Virus record (IMG/VR): IMGVR_UViG_3300021404_000010
Direction: 5' to 3' (one strand)
Source of the DNA: an uncultured virus (IMG/VR IMGVR_UViG_3300021404_000010)
Taxonomy: Duplodnaviria; Heunggongvirae; Uroviricota; Caudoviricetes
DNA length: 64,000 nucleotides
In this document: piece by piece, positions 7,355 to 16,010 of the stretch
Layout of the letters: each line of letters starts with the position of its first letter
How positions within the stretch are numbered: position 1 is the stretch's first letter
Notes under the pieces: generated by a model
What the model was told of the DNA's origin: nothing
Seen by the model: only the letters and a program-made list of their open reading frames with translations
Databases searched by the model: none
Program-made: the position numbers and the translations under genes

Positions 7355-10300
7355 CGCACCATCGCCTTGATGTGGGTTTTGCCGCCGGCCTCCCAGATTT
7401 CGTAAATCTCGGTCTGCTGGCCATGATCCAGCATCACCTCGTTCTCACCGTGACCGGCGAGGCCGGCGATGCCGAGCATCCTCGTTCCTTTCGGAACGGT
7501 GAAGTGGATCCAGGTGTTCTTGTTGGCGCCGATCGCTGCCGGCCGATTTGCCATGCTGGCCGAGGTGTAGCCCTGGCGCGGCAGCAGGCACGGCGGCGGC
7601 CCCTTGGCGAGTTGCGCACGCAATTTGGCGATGACGGCGGCGGAGACCTGCTCACCGCGGCGAACAATCACGTCCTCGGTGGTCACCGACGCATCGCGCA
7701 GGAACTGCTCGTCCATCAGGTCGAGCTTCTTCTGAATGTGCTTCGGCGTGCCCACAGTCCCGGTCTCGCGCAGCGCACCGTTCATCGACTGGTAGCCGCT
7801 GCCGGCGTAGTCGTGAAACGCCTGCTTGGTCTCCGATGTCACCGAGGAATGGCTCCAGAAGTCCGGCGTCAGCGATGGCGCGATCTTCATGGCCTCCGCG
7901 GTGTGGGAGCCGTTCGGTTGCTTGGCGCGATTCTCCACGGTGATGGCGTGCTTGACGCGCGTGGTCTGCTGCGCCCTGACGATGTTGGTGGCGGGCATCC
8001 CCGCCTCATGGTGGACATTGGGGATCGTCGTTGCTGCCGGCTTGGGGGCGGGCTTCGGTGGCGCCGGCGTCGGCTCGGTCGGCTTGGTGGCCGGGTTCTC
8101 TTCGATGCCGTACGCCTCGGCGATCTTGCTGGTCCACTGCTTGGCGAATTTGGCGGTGAAGCCCTCGGGGAAGTTCTGGACCGTCTCGTTCGCCTTGATG
8201 GCGGCGATCTTCTGCGCCGGTGTCGTCGCCGGGTCGGTCGCGAGCTTGTAGATCGCCATCTGCGGTTTTGATTCGGGATGCGGGATCGGCCCGTCGACCT
8301 TGACCGGCTTCGCCTCGGCGCCGTGCTGCGCACCCAGCGCCGCCACCAGCGAGTTGCCGTATGTCTCGGATGCGCTGCTGATCTCGCCGCCCGATTTGAG
8401 GTGCTCGATGTAATTCGCCAGCGCCTCGGCTTTCACCAGCGGCGGCGAGTTGCCCGACGCCACCTTGAGCATGTTCTGCTGGTAGCCGTTCTCCGGGTTC
8501 GTCGGCTGCGGCAGTCCTTCGCCGGTTGCCGGGGCTGTGGCGGGCGCTGGCGCCGGTGTCGGCGTGGCGGCGGGCGTTGGCGCCTTGGCCGGCTTCTTCG
8601 CCGACAGCGAGCCCACGGCGCCCGGGTGCATAAGGCTCGCCGCGGCCAGGTGCTTCAGCACCTTGTTGGCGTAGGAGATGTTGTTCGGGTTATGCGCCGC
8701 GCCCGAGGCGATCTCCTTGATCTTCGGCACGAGCTCGTGCGGCTCGCCGAGATGCGACGCGACCGCGGCCTTGATCTTCTCGCCGAAGGATTTGACGTAG
8801 GTCGGCGGCTCCGGCAGCGAGGTTTTCCAGCCATGATGGCCGCCGGTTGAAAACCCGCCCGACGGCAGGCCGCTGCTGATCGATGTGCCCCCGCCTGGGC
8901 TTGTCGCGAACTGCCCGGCGTTGCCCGGCTGGCCGCGCGGGTGGTCGCCCTCGACCCATGCGTCGCGGTAGTCGATGTCCTCGTCCGCCGGGTAGTCGAT
9001 GTCGGCGAACCAGTCGGCGTCATGCGTCGATGCTGCCGCGCCGCCGCGTTTGATGACGTCCTGCTTGCGCGCGATCAGCTTCTCGGCCAGCGCGGTCTTC
9101 TGCTCCGCCGTCCCGGGCCCGTGCTCGTCGACCAGCTTGCGGATCGTCGCGTCGGATACCTTCGCCACCCGCGAGGCGGATGACCGCAGTTGCTCCGGCG
9201 ACATCTCGCCGAACACGGTGTGCGCCTGGTGGTTCGACGGATGGCGCAGCGTGTCCCACTCGCCGACCTTGTTGCCGAACGCCTCGCCCTTCGGTCCGCC
9301 CTGCGCGCGGTAGAGCAGCGAGCCGCCGACATCGAGCGTGTGCATCTCGCCGCCGATGCGGCCCTGGTTGTCGTATTCGAGGCCGACCGCATCCCAGTTC
9401 GACAGCCACGCATGCGTCGCGAAATGCTGCTGCGCGGCGCGCCGGTCGTCCGGCTTCTTGCGGTCGATCGGCGTCACGCCCTTCCAGCGTGTCGCGGTGC
9501 CGAGCTTGCCGCCGCCGAGGTCGGCCGGGTGAACATGCAGCACCGGCGAGCCCGCCGCGCTGTAGAGCCGCGATGCGAGGATTTCGTTCTTCGCGTGGCT
9601 CTCGGATTTCGACTGCTTGACGTAGAACTGCGCGCCGGTGCTGTCCTCGTAGCGGCCGCCGGGATTGCTCCCAAGCTGGCCGCCAACCTTCTTCATCGAG
9701 GCGACCTGCACCGCCGCTCCGCCGCCAGCCGTCTCGGAAAACTTCCCCTCGTCGTCGCGCGGGTGCTCTGACTCGACGAACTCTCCGACATCGGCGAAGG
9801 CCGCGATGGCGCCCTCGTAGTCGTAGACCGGCGCACCATCGAGGATGGTGCAGCGCCGGCCGCATCGGCCCTCGTCCACCAAGGCAACGTGGTTGCAGAA
9901 GATGTTCTTCTGGATCCCGAGGCCGGGCGCGGTCTGATCGTACGCGGCGTTGTAGCCGACGCTGATGGCCCGCTTGCCTCGCTTGCGCACCGCATCGATG
10001 CCGCGTCGCGTGGTGAAGATCAGATCGGCGAGCAGCAGATCGTTGTTCGGCGCCTCGCCGCGGCGCGGATTCGACACGTAGCCGATGGAGAGATCAGACC
10101 AGTTGTCCGGCCCGACGCCCTCCGCCGGGTGGTCATCGACCACTGGCTTGCCGATGAAGCTGCGCACGCTCTCGTCGGCGAACACCTCATGCTCGGGGCG
10201 CTCGACATGCACGCGCCCGCCGGCGTCGCCTTGCAGCGGTGGAACCTCGCCTTCCCAGTAGATCTGCGTGCCGGTGCGGGCGATCGGCACGTCACGGCAA

Positions 10301-10365
10301 ATCAGATAGCCTTCGGCGGTCTCGTCCATGTGGGGCGAGAGCTTGCTGACGGTGTGCCACTCCAT
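7351..10365 (-). CDS. DUF2213 prohead protease fused to kinase-like and ADP-ribosyltransferase domains
   Basis: N-terminus GYLICRDVPIARTG, KPVVDDHP, ISVGY, NHVALVDEGRCG; middle GSNPGG..YVK..NE..NWD..DN..LDVGGSL; C-terminus YQSMNGALR, VRRG, GYTSAS, ENEVML. Confidence 0.88.
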   Translation of the reverse strand: MEWHTVSKLSPHMDETAEGYLICRDVPIARTGTQIYWEGEVPPLQGDAGGRVHVERPEHEVFADESVRSFIGKPVVDDHPAEGVGPDNWSDLSIGYVSNPRRGEAPNNDLLLADLIFTTRRGIDAVRKRGKRAISVGYNAAYDQTAPGLGIQKNIFCNHVALVDEGRCGRRCTILDGAPVYDYEGAIAAFADVGEFVESEHPRDDEGKFSETAGGGAAVQVASMKKVGGQLGSNPGGRYEDSTGAQFYVKQSKSESHAKNEILASRLYSAAGSPVLHVHPADLGGGKLGTATRWKGVTPIDRKKPDDRRAAQQHFATHAWLSNWDAVGLEYDNQGRIGGEMHTLDVGGSLLYRAQGGPKGEAFGNKVGEWDTLRHPSNHQAHTVFGEMSPEQLRSSASRVAKVSDATIRKLVDEHGPGTAEQKTALAEKLIARKQDVIKRGGAAASTHDADWFADIDYPADEDIDYRDAWVEGDHPRGQPGNAGQFATSPGGGTSISSGLPSGGFSTGGHHGWKTSLPEPPTYVKSFGEKIKAAVASHLGEPHELVPKIKEIASGAAHNPNNISYANKVLKHLAAASLMHPGAVGSLSAKKPAKAPTPAATPTPAPAPATAPATGEGLPQPTNPENGYQQNMLKVASGNSPPLVKAEALANYIEHLKSGGEISSASETYGNSLVAALGAQHGAEAKPVKVDGPIPHPESKPQMAIYKLATDPATTPAQKIAAIKANETVQNFPEGFTAKFAKQWTSKIAEAYGIEENPATKPTEPTPAPPKPAPKPAATTIPNVHHEAGMPATNIVRAQQTTRVKHAITVENRAKQPNGSHTAEAMKIAPSLTPDFWSHSSVTSETKQAFHDYAGSGYQSMNGALRETGTVGTPKHIQKKLDLMDEQFLRDASVTTEDVIVRRGEQVSAAVIAKLRAQLAKGPPPCLLPRQGYTSASMANRPAAIGANKNTWIHFTVPKGTRMLGIAGLAGHGENEVMLDHGQQTEIYEIWEAGGKTHIKAMVR

Positions 10366-10374
10366 CGGGCAGGC

Positions 10375-10923
10375 TCAGTGCACCGTCGGGCCCGGCTGGC
10401 GCCACGTCACACCGGCCGCGATGTTGGCGACCTCCTCGGCCTCGTCGGGATCGAGCCAGTCGTGCTCGAATTCCGCGATCTCGCGATCCAGCGCGATGAT
10501 GAGGTTCGGATTGCACATCCCCGGCAGTTGCTGCCGCCAGCCCGCAACGCGCTTGGCGAACGCCTCCAACTCGCGCTCTTCGCGTTGCTGCTTGGCTGCC
10601 GCGCGCCGTTCCCGTTCCCCCGACGCCGCGCGCTCTTCCTGCGCAATCCTGGCGTTGAGTTGCTTTTCAAACTTCGCCCAGGCGTCCCAGCGGCTTTGAT
10701 GCTCCCACTGCTCGCTCACCGCATTCAGGAATCGCTGCCCGACCGACGCCGGCACGGGAGGCGGCCGGGAGGTCGGCCCGGTGTAGACGCCGAACAGGTG
10801 CGCCTGGGTGTACCAGTGCTGCGCGACCTCATCGCTGACCTGATGGCGCCCAACGCCGATGCTCAGCTTCTCGCCGCTGTCGAGCGAGAGGATGAATGCC
10901 TTGGCGACGTGGATGGTCGGCAT
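10375..10923 (-). CDS. STY1053-like domain plus helical extension
   Basis: MPTIHVAKAFILSL...GRHQVSDEVAQHWYTQAHL resembles 1466..1894. Confidence 0.65.
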   Translation of the reverse strand: MPTIHVAKAFILSLDSGEKLSIGVGRHQVSDEVAQHWYTQAHLFGVYTGPTSRPPPVPASVGQRFLNAVSEQWEHQSRWDAWAKFEKQLNARIAQEERAASGERERRAAAKQQREERELEAFAKRVAGWRQQLPGMCNPNLIIALDREIAEFEHDWLDPDEAEEVANIAAGVTWRQPGPTVH

Positions 10924-10925
10924 GG

Positions 10926-11150
10926 CTACCGGACCAACCGCCCGATTGATTCCCAGAACGTGCGCGATGCATCGTCCAGCGACAGGTCGGGCGGAATCTG
11001 CACCTCGCCGGTCAGCAGGTTGATGCGCAGGCCGCACGCGAACTGCAACCACTGCGGCGGCGGCGGATTGTTGAAGCCGATCGAACCGGAGGTTCGCATT
11101 GTGAGATCGGCGACCGTCAGCTTACCCTCGGTTTCCATGAGCACCCCCAT
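10926..11150 (-). CDS. Hypothetical protein
   Basis: INLLTGEVQIPPDLSLDDASRTFWE; abuts the next gene. Confidence 0.55.
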   Translation of the reverse strand: MGVLMETEGKLTVADLTMRTSGSIGFNNPPPPQWLQFACGLRINLLTGEVQIPPDLSLDDASRTFWESIGRLVR

Positions 11151-11404
11151 GCCCGCCAGCTTGCAGGCTTGTCTGGCTGTCGTCGGCCGCTACGCCGAGA
11201 CCAATCGCCCTGTGGCGGAACTGGCGCACGACCTGGGCGATGTGAGCCTCGCCGACGTCTACGTGCTGGCGGGGCTATTCCACGCGTACGGCCTGAAAGA
11301 GCACGGCTGGATATGTGAGAAGTACGCCCGGCTCTGGATGGCAACGTGCGAGGCGACCGGGCGAATGGTTGATCGTCCAGACCCCTTCCGGTTTCTTTGG
11401 GAAC

Positions 11405-11566
11405 TCATCTGAACCCGCCGAACAGCAGCACCAGCACGATGATCACCAGGATGAGCCCGATTCCGCCGAGCCCGCCGTGCCCGTAATAGCCGCTGGAGTA
11501 GCCGTAGTAGCCGCCGAAGCCGCCGAACAGCACGAGCACGATGATGATGATCAGCAGTAGGTTCAT
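11405..11566 (-). CDS. DUF3309-like small membrane protein
   Basis: GAGGA RBS; two hydrophobic stretches around GGYYGYSSGYYGHGG. Confidence 0.75.
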   Translation of the reverse strand: MNLLLIIIIVLVLFGGFGGYYGYSSGYYGHGGLGGIGLILVIIVLVLLFGGFR

Positions 11567-11573
11567 GGTGTCC

Positions 11574-12473
11574 TCACGGCAGGATCGGCAACGCGATGCA
11601 CCTGCAATTGAATATCTGCCCCGGATGGCTGTGGTGGTCGGGCGGATCGGATAGCGGCGGCGCGTCCCATCGCTGCACCGAGCCCTCGAGCTTGCGGTGC
11701 GACGGTCGCACCTTCCAATCGCCGGCGGTTTTCCATTGGTAGCTCTCGGCGCCGACATGCTGCGCGCGTGCCTGCATCAGCACCGATGCGGTGCGCGCGG
11801 TCTCCGTCCTGGCAATCAGCGTCGCACGGGTCTTTAGCCACGCCTCGGTCTGCCGCGGGTGCATTTCCGCCAGCGCCGCTTCGATCTCGGCGGTGCGCTC
11901 CGGATAGCGCGCCGAGGTCATCAAGGCCTCGACCGAGCGTTCATGCACGCGCTGCGCCGCATCGATCGGCAGCGAGGTGATCAGGCCCACCTGTTCCTCG
12001 AGCAGCCCTCGCATCACCTCGCCGGTCGGCGCGGTGCGCAACTCGAACCGCAGCGCCGCCGACATGCCCTGCGTGTACTTCTCCCAGGCGGTGCGGTCGC
12101 GGCGGTTGACCTCGGCGATCATCCGCCCGGCCGTCGCCCGCGCCCACGGCGTGATCGCCGTCGAGTAATGCGCGAGGGCTTCGCGGATGCGCGCGATCGC
12201 CGCCGCCGAGAACGGCGTTTGCGGATCGCTGGGCGTAAACGCCTCGATGATGCGCGCCACATGGCTCGCAACCTGACGCAGTTTTGCGCCGTACGAGGTC
12301 TGGGCATTGCGTGCCCGCGCGAAGGCGGCTTCGGCTTTCTCTTCCTCGCGCTTCGCCCGCTCGTAGGCGCGCCGCTGGGCGCCGCTGCCGGTCCACGGCG
12401 CGTCATGCGTCGTCGGAGCCACCGCCGTCGCCTTCGCCTCCCTCGGCCTTCGGTGGCGCCGGTACGCCCGCAC
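11574..12473 (-). CDS. Head morphogenesis protein (MuF/SPP1 gp7 family)
   Basis: RATLIARTETAR, YQWKTAGDWKVRPSH, HPGQIFNCRC; start uncertain. Confidence 0.9.
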   Translation of the reverse strand: MRAYRRHRRPREAKATAVAPTTHDAPWTGSGAQRRAYERAKREEEKAEAAFARARNAQTSYGAKLRQVASHVARIIEAFTPSDPQTPFSAAAIARIREALAHYSTAITPWARATAGRMIAEVNRRDRTAWEKYTQGMSAALRFELRTAPTGEVMRGLLEEQVGLITSLPIDAAQRVHERSVEALMTSARYPERTAEIEAALAEMHPRQTEAWLKTRATLIARTETARTASVLMQARAQHVGAESYQWKTAGDWKVRPSHRKLEGSVQRWDAPPLSDPPDHHSHPGQIFNCRCIALPILP

Positions 12474-13932
12474 CAGGCGCGCTCTCGCTACCAGGCTTCG
12501 CCATCCCAGGCATCCCCGGCATGCCCGGCGCCATCTCCGGCTGCTCCCACGGCGGCGGCGCTTCCTCGCTGTCCTTGATGTCCTGGTCCGTGATGTTGGT
12601 GAACCGGCCGGTGATGGTGCTGCTCTGCTTCAGTTCCTTCAGCGCGATCGTCGTGGTGATGATGCCGGCGTCGTGCACCAGCTTCACGGTATCGGCGTCG
12701 CGCTGGGCAATCTCCGCCTTTTCCGCCTCGTCCAACTGACGCAGGCTGGTGAAGGTGAAGCCGAAGGTGTCGGGCGGCCGGCGACCGAGCGTGGACATGA
12801 ACAGCATGTCGAACAGCCGGGTCAGCGGTCGCCGCAGCCGCGCCTCCTGCGCCGAGCGCACCATGTCGTAGTAATTGCGAAGGTCGCTTTCCCCGGTCGC
12901 GTTCATCCCGCTCGGCGCCTGACCGAACAGCCGCACCAGGGGGATGCCGAGCGCGCCGCTGATCTGCTGGCCGAGCACCAGCAGCGTTTCGGGAATGCCG
13001 GCGAATGTGTAGCTGTGGGTTTCGAACTCGTCCTCGGCGTCGATGATCGTGAGGCCCTCGTTGCCCTGCATCGCGCGCATCAGTTCCATGTTGCGCGCAA
13101 AGCCCTCCTGCAGCGCGCCGCCGGTCGCGACCAGGGCGCGATAGCCCTTCACCTTGTAGGTCCGCAGGTAGGCTCGATAGAGCAGTTGCGCCGCGCCCAT
13201 CGTGCCGGAATCAAACGCCATCAGCCGGTCGTAGAGACGCTCGATCACCGACATGCCCCAGCCGTTCTCGGCGAGCCGCTGGCGATAGGGCAGCGTCACC
13301 CCGTCCATGCGCAGGCAGCGCGTGTGGTGGATCCGCATGTTCGGCATATACGGCGCGTTGGCGACCACGGCGTAGTACGTCGGCAGGCCCCATTCGGGCC
13401 CGGGGTCTTTAATCAGGTCATTGTACGACGGCTGCACCATCCAACGGTCCAGCACGATGAAACCGCGCACCTGGCCGCGCCCGACACGCTCCGGATCGAG
13501 CGGCGTCGCCATGTCCTGGCCGTCGACCTGCAGCACCATCAGCGCGCCGCCGAACAGCCGCGCCCATTTGATGGTCTCGTTCAGGCTCTGCCACAGGCAG
13601 AGGTCGTTCCAGGCGTTGGTAAGCTGTTCGATGTCCTCGGGCGGCGTGTCGCTGTTCAACTGCACGCCCGCGCGCGTCATGTCGTCGGCGACGGTATCGA
13701 CCGCGGCGCCGATGATCCACGAGCCGCGATACGCCCACTCCATCAGCGTCTGCATGCGGCTGATCGGCATGTATGTCTGCGTGGTCGCCGATAGCTGGTT
13801 GCCGGCGCCGAGGCCGATGCGCGCCACGAAGTTGGCGACGGAATCGGTGGTCAGGTTGCCCAGCGTCTCTCGGCTGCTGCCGGCCGGCACCCGCACCACG
13901 GCGCGTGTTGATGGGGTCAGGTTGTCAGACAT
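12403..13932 (-). CDS. Portal protein (DUF1073 family)
   Basis: AYRGSWI..AVDTVADDMTRAG, IHHTRCL, GIPLVRLFGQAPSGMNATGESDLRNYYD. Confidence 0.93.
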   Translation of the reverse strand: MSDNLTPSTRAVVRVPAGSSRETLGNLTTDSVANFVARIGLGAGNQLSATTQTYMPISRMQTLMEWAYRGSWIIGAAVDTVADDMTRAGVQLNSDTPPEDIEQLTNAWNDLCLWQSLNETIKWARLFGGALMVLQVDGQDMATPLDPERVGRGQVRGFIVLDRWMVQPSYNDLIKDPGPEWGLPTYYAVVANAPYMPNMRIHHTRCLRMDGVTLPYRQRLAENGWGMSVIERLYDRLMAFDSGTMGAAQLLYRAYLRTYKVKGYRALVATGGALQEGFARNMELMRAMQGNEGLTIIDAEDEFETHSYTFAGIPETLLVLGQQISGALGIPLVRLFGQAPSGMNATGESDLRNYYDMVRSAQEARLRRPLTRLFDMLFMSTLGRRPPDTFGFTFTSLRQLDEAEKAEIAQRDADTVKLVHDAGIITTTIALKELKQSSTITGRFTNITDQDIKDSEEAPPPWEQPEMAPGMPGMPGMAKPGSESAPGAGVPAPPKAEGGEGDGGGSDDA

Positions 13933-13935
13933 CGG

Positions 13936-15324
13936 CTACAGCTTCGCCCACAGCGAGAGATCGGACGCGGCGACCAGATGGAACGCGCGCGAGGTCGCAT
14001 CCACGTCGTCATCGTGCGGCAGTTCGGGGAAGCCCTCGAGCATCTGGAACCACCTCTCATTCCATGGCCCGCGCAACACCAGCACGTTGCCCGCCTCGGC
14101 CTGCGCGCTGAACGGCGAGAATCGGGTGATCTTGTCGCCGGTCTCGGGCGACCACTCGACGGGATATCCGGCGAGCATGCGGACGAACGATGCGATCTGG
14201 CTCTTGCCAGCCTGCCCGGGATCCTGCGGCAGCCCGACCGTCACGCCGTAGCCGTCATGGCTCGAGATATTGCGCACATGGCGCTCGACGTCGTTCGGCG
14301 AGCCGCGCAGCGATGTGGCGTCCATCACCAGGTAGCGGCCATCGGTCAGGCGGCCGACCTTCACCGAGGCGGTCCAGTCCGGATCGTTCTCGGTGGTCTC
14401 CGGCGTCGCCGCCAAATCCCAGCCGCGCGCCTCTTGGATCACCGCCGGCGCGATATCGACCACCTGCACCCATGCGCGGTTGAAGTAGAGGCCGGCGCTC
14501 GGCCTGATCTTCCAGTTGCCGTTCAGCAGCCGCTCGCGCTCGACCGCCGGCAGCATCATCAGGTTGCCGAGGTAGGACGGGTCGGAGCGCATCAGCGCCG
14601 GGTTGTCGTTCAGCTTGGCGGAAATGAAGGTGAGCGATTTGATGGTCTCCGCCGGCTGCCCGGTCGCGCGCATCGCCTCGCCGCGGGTGGCGAACCAGAC
14701 CAGCCCATCGTCGGCGCCGCGCACGAAAAACCGCACCACGCCGGAGCGTTCGGGGATCGGATAGCCGGTGCGCTGGTTGATCCACCACGCGATCAACTCG
14801 GCGACCCACGAGCCCGCATCGGCGTTGCAGCTTGCGCGGACGTACGGCTTGATGCCGATGGTGCTGCGGTTGCGGCTCAGCAGGTAAAAGAACTGGTAGC
14901 GGGTGAACGTGGTCAGTTCATCGAAGCCGATCATCGGCACCTGGCTGCCATGCCAGTCCAGCACGGTGTTCTCGTATTCGAGGTGCGCGAGCTTCACCGA
15001 GCCGCCACCAGGCCAGCGCCACTCGAGGCGGTGATTGATCGGAATGCCGCCGGTGTCGGGAAACACCTTCAGGCTCTCCGCCCACAGCCCGCCGGGGCGG
15101 CGGATGTCGGTGGTGTTGCGACGGAACAGCACGCAGTCGAAGCCCGGCACATCGGGCGGATGGCGCAGCGTCTCCAGCAGCAGCGCCCAGCTTTTGCCCG
15201 AGCCGGCCGCCCCGCCAAAGATCGCGATGTCGGCGGCGGAGCGCAGGAACATCTCCTGCGGTCCCGGCTGCGGGAAGATATCGCCCTCCCGCGGCTGCTC
15301 GAGCGGATCGTAGTCGAACGGCAT
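13936..15324 (-). CDS. terL: Terminase large subunit
   Basis: Walker A GGAAGSGKS, Walker B IGFDE, nuclease motifs RGWDLA and HDDDVDA. Confidence 0.95.
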   Translation of the reverse strand: MPFDYDPLEQPREGDIFPQPGPQEMFLRSAADIAIFGGAAGSGKSWALLLETLRHPPDVPGFDCVLFRRNTTDIRRPGGLWAESLKVFPDTGGIPINHRLEWRWPGGGSVKLAHLEYENTVLDWHGSQVPMIGFDELTTFTRYQFFYLLSRNRSTIGIKPYVRASCNADAGSWVAELIAWWINQRTGYPIPERSGVVRFFVRGADDGLVWFATRGEAMRATGQPAETIKSLTFISAKLNDNPALMRSDPSYLGNLMMLPAVERERLLNGNWKIRPSAGLYFNRAWVQVVDIAPAVIQEARGWDLAATPETTENDPDWTASVKVGRLTDGRYLVMDATSLRGSPNDVERHVRNISSHDGYGVTVGLPQDPGQAGKSQIASFVRMLAGYPVEWSPETGDKITRFSPFSAQAEAGNVLVLRGPWNERWFQMLEGFPELPHDDDVDATSRAFHLVAASDLSLWAKL

Positions 15325-15834
15325 TCAGGCCGCCGCCTTCGCGACCTCGCCCTCGATGATCGGCCCCACGTCGTCCTCGGGCTCGGGATCGCGCGCCGGG
15401 ATGTAGATGCGCCGGCGGTGCCGCTCGCCCGCCAGGGCCCCCGTCTGATCGTCGCCGCGGCCGTCGTCCTTCGGCACCCGCCACTGCTCGCCGCCGACCA
15501 CCGAGAGCAGGTACTTCAGCGCCGACAGCGCCGAGGGCGAGTTGCCCATGGCGATGGTGTGCAGCTTGACGCCGTAGCCGGCGACCCGGCGCTCTCGCCC
15601 GTGCGCCAGTTCCTCGTGGAAGATGCGACGCAACGTCTCGGTCGTGCGGCAGGGCAGATTGCGCGATGCGAACTCCCGGCAGATCGCCTCCTGCGAGTGA
15701 CCGAGCGTCAGCATGATCTCGACAAGCTGCCGGTGCGCCGGCTCGGGCTCCCAGGCCAGCCGTCCGTCGTCACGCGGCTGCGGCACCGGCGTGCCATCCC
15801 CGGCGACGTGTTGGAGCGCGCCGATCGTCAACAC
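15325..15834 (-). CDS. Terminase small subunit (putative)
   Basis: Directly upstream of terL; HTH-like GHSQEAIC...TLRRIFHEELAHG; GAGGGG RBS. Confidence 0.7.
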   Translation of the reverse strand: MLTIGALQHVAGDGTPVPQPRDDGRLAWEPEPAHRQLVEIMLTLGHSQEAICREFASRNLPCRTTETLRRIFHEELAHGRERRVAGYGVKLHTIAMGNSPSALSALKYLLSVVGGEQWRVPKDDGRGDDQTGALAGERHRRRIYIPARDPEPEDDVGPIIEGEVAKAAA

Positions 15835-15929
15835 AATGGCCCCTCGATGTCCGAACCGTCCGTCATAGGCATCATCGGTAAGTCCCTGATCTTATGGCTG
15901 CGGATTTTATTCTGCGGCCAGCACATTCT

Positions 15930-15960
15930 GCTGGATGTGCTGCGGCAGTGGAGCTATGTG
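15930..15960 (+). promoter_or_regulatory. GCTGG-N20-YATGT promoter-like element, copy 1
   Basis: Same spacing as three other copies; 50 bp upstream of 16011. Confidence 0.6.
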
Positions 15961-16010
15961 CGGTGTCGGCAGGGCGCTGATGCCCGCTGTATCAAACGGG
16001 AAAAACCGAC

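Noticed and set aside
11138..11412. Possible plus-strand ORF MSTPMPASLQACL...FLWELI inside the head operon
   Set aside because: It fills a gap but is antisense to the operon, overlaps both neighbours and has no clear RBS; left uncalled.
12403..13932. Anti-CBASS Acb1 label sometimes attached to DUF1073 proteins
   Set aside because: No 2H-phosphoesterase HxT motifs or extra domain are visible; this is a plain portal.
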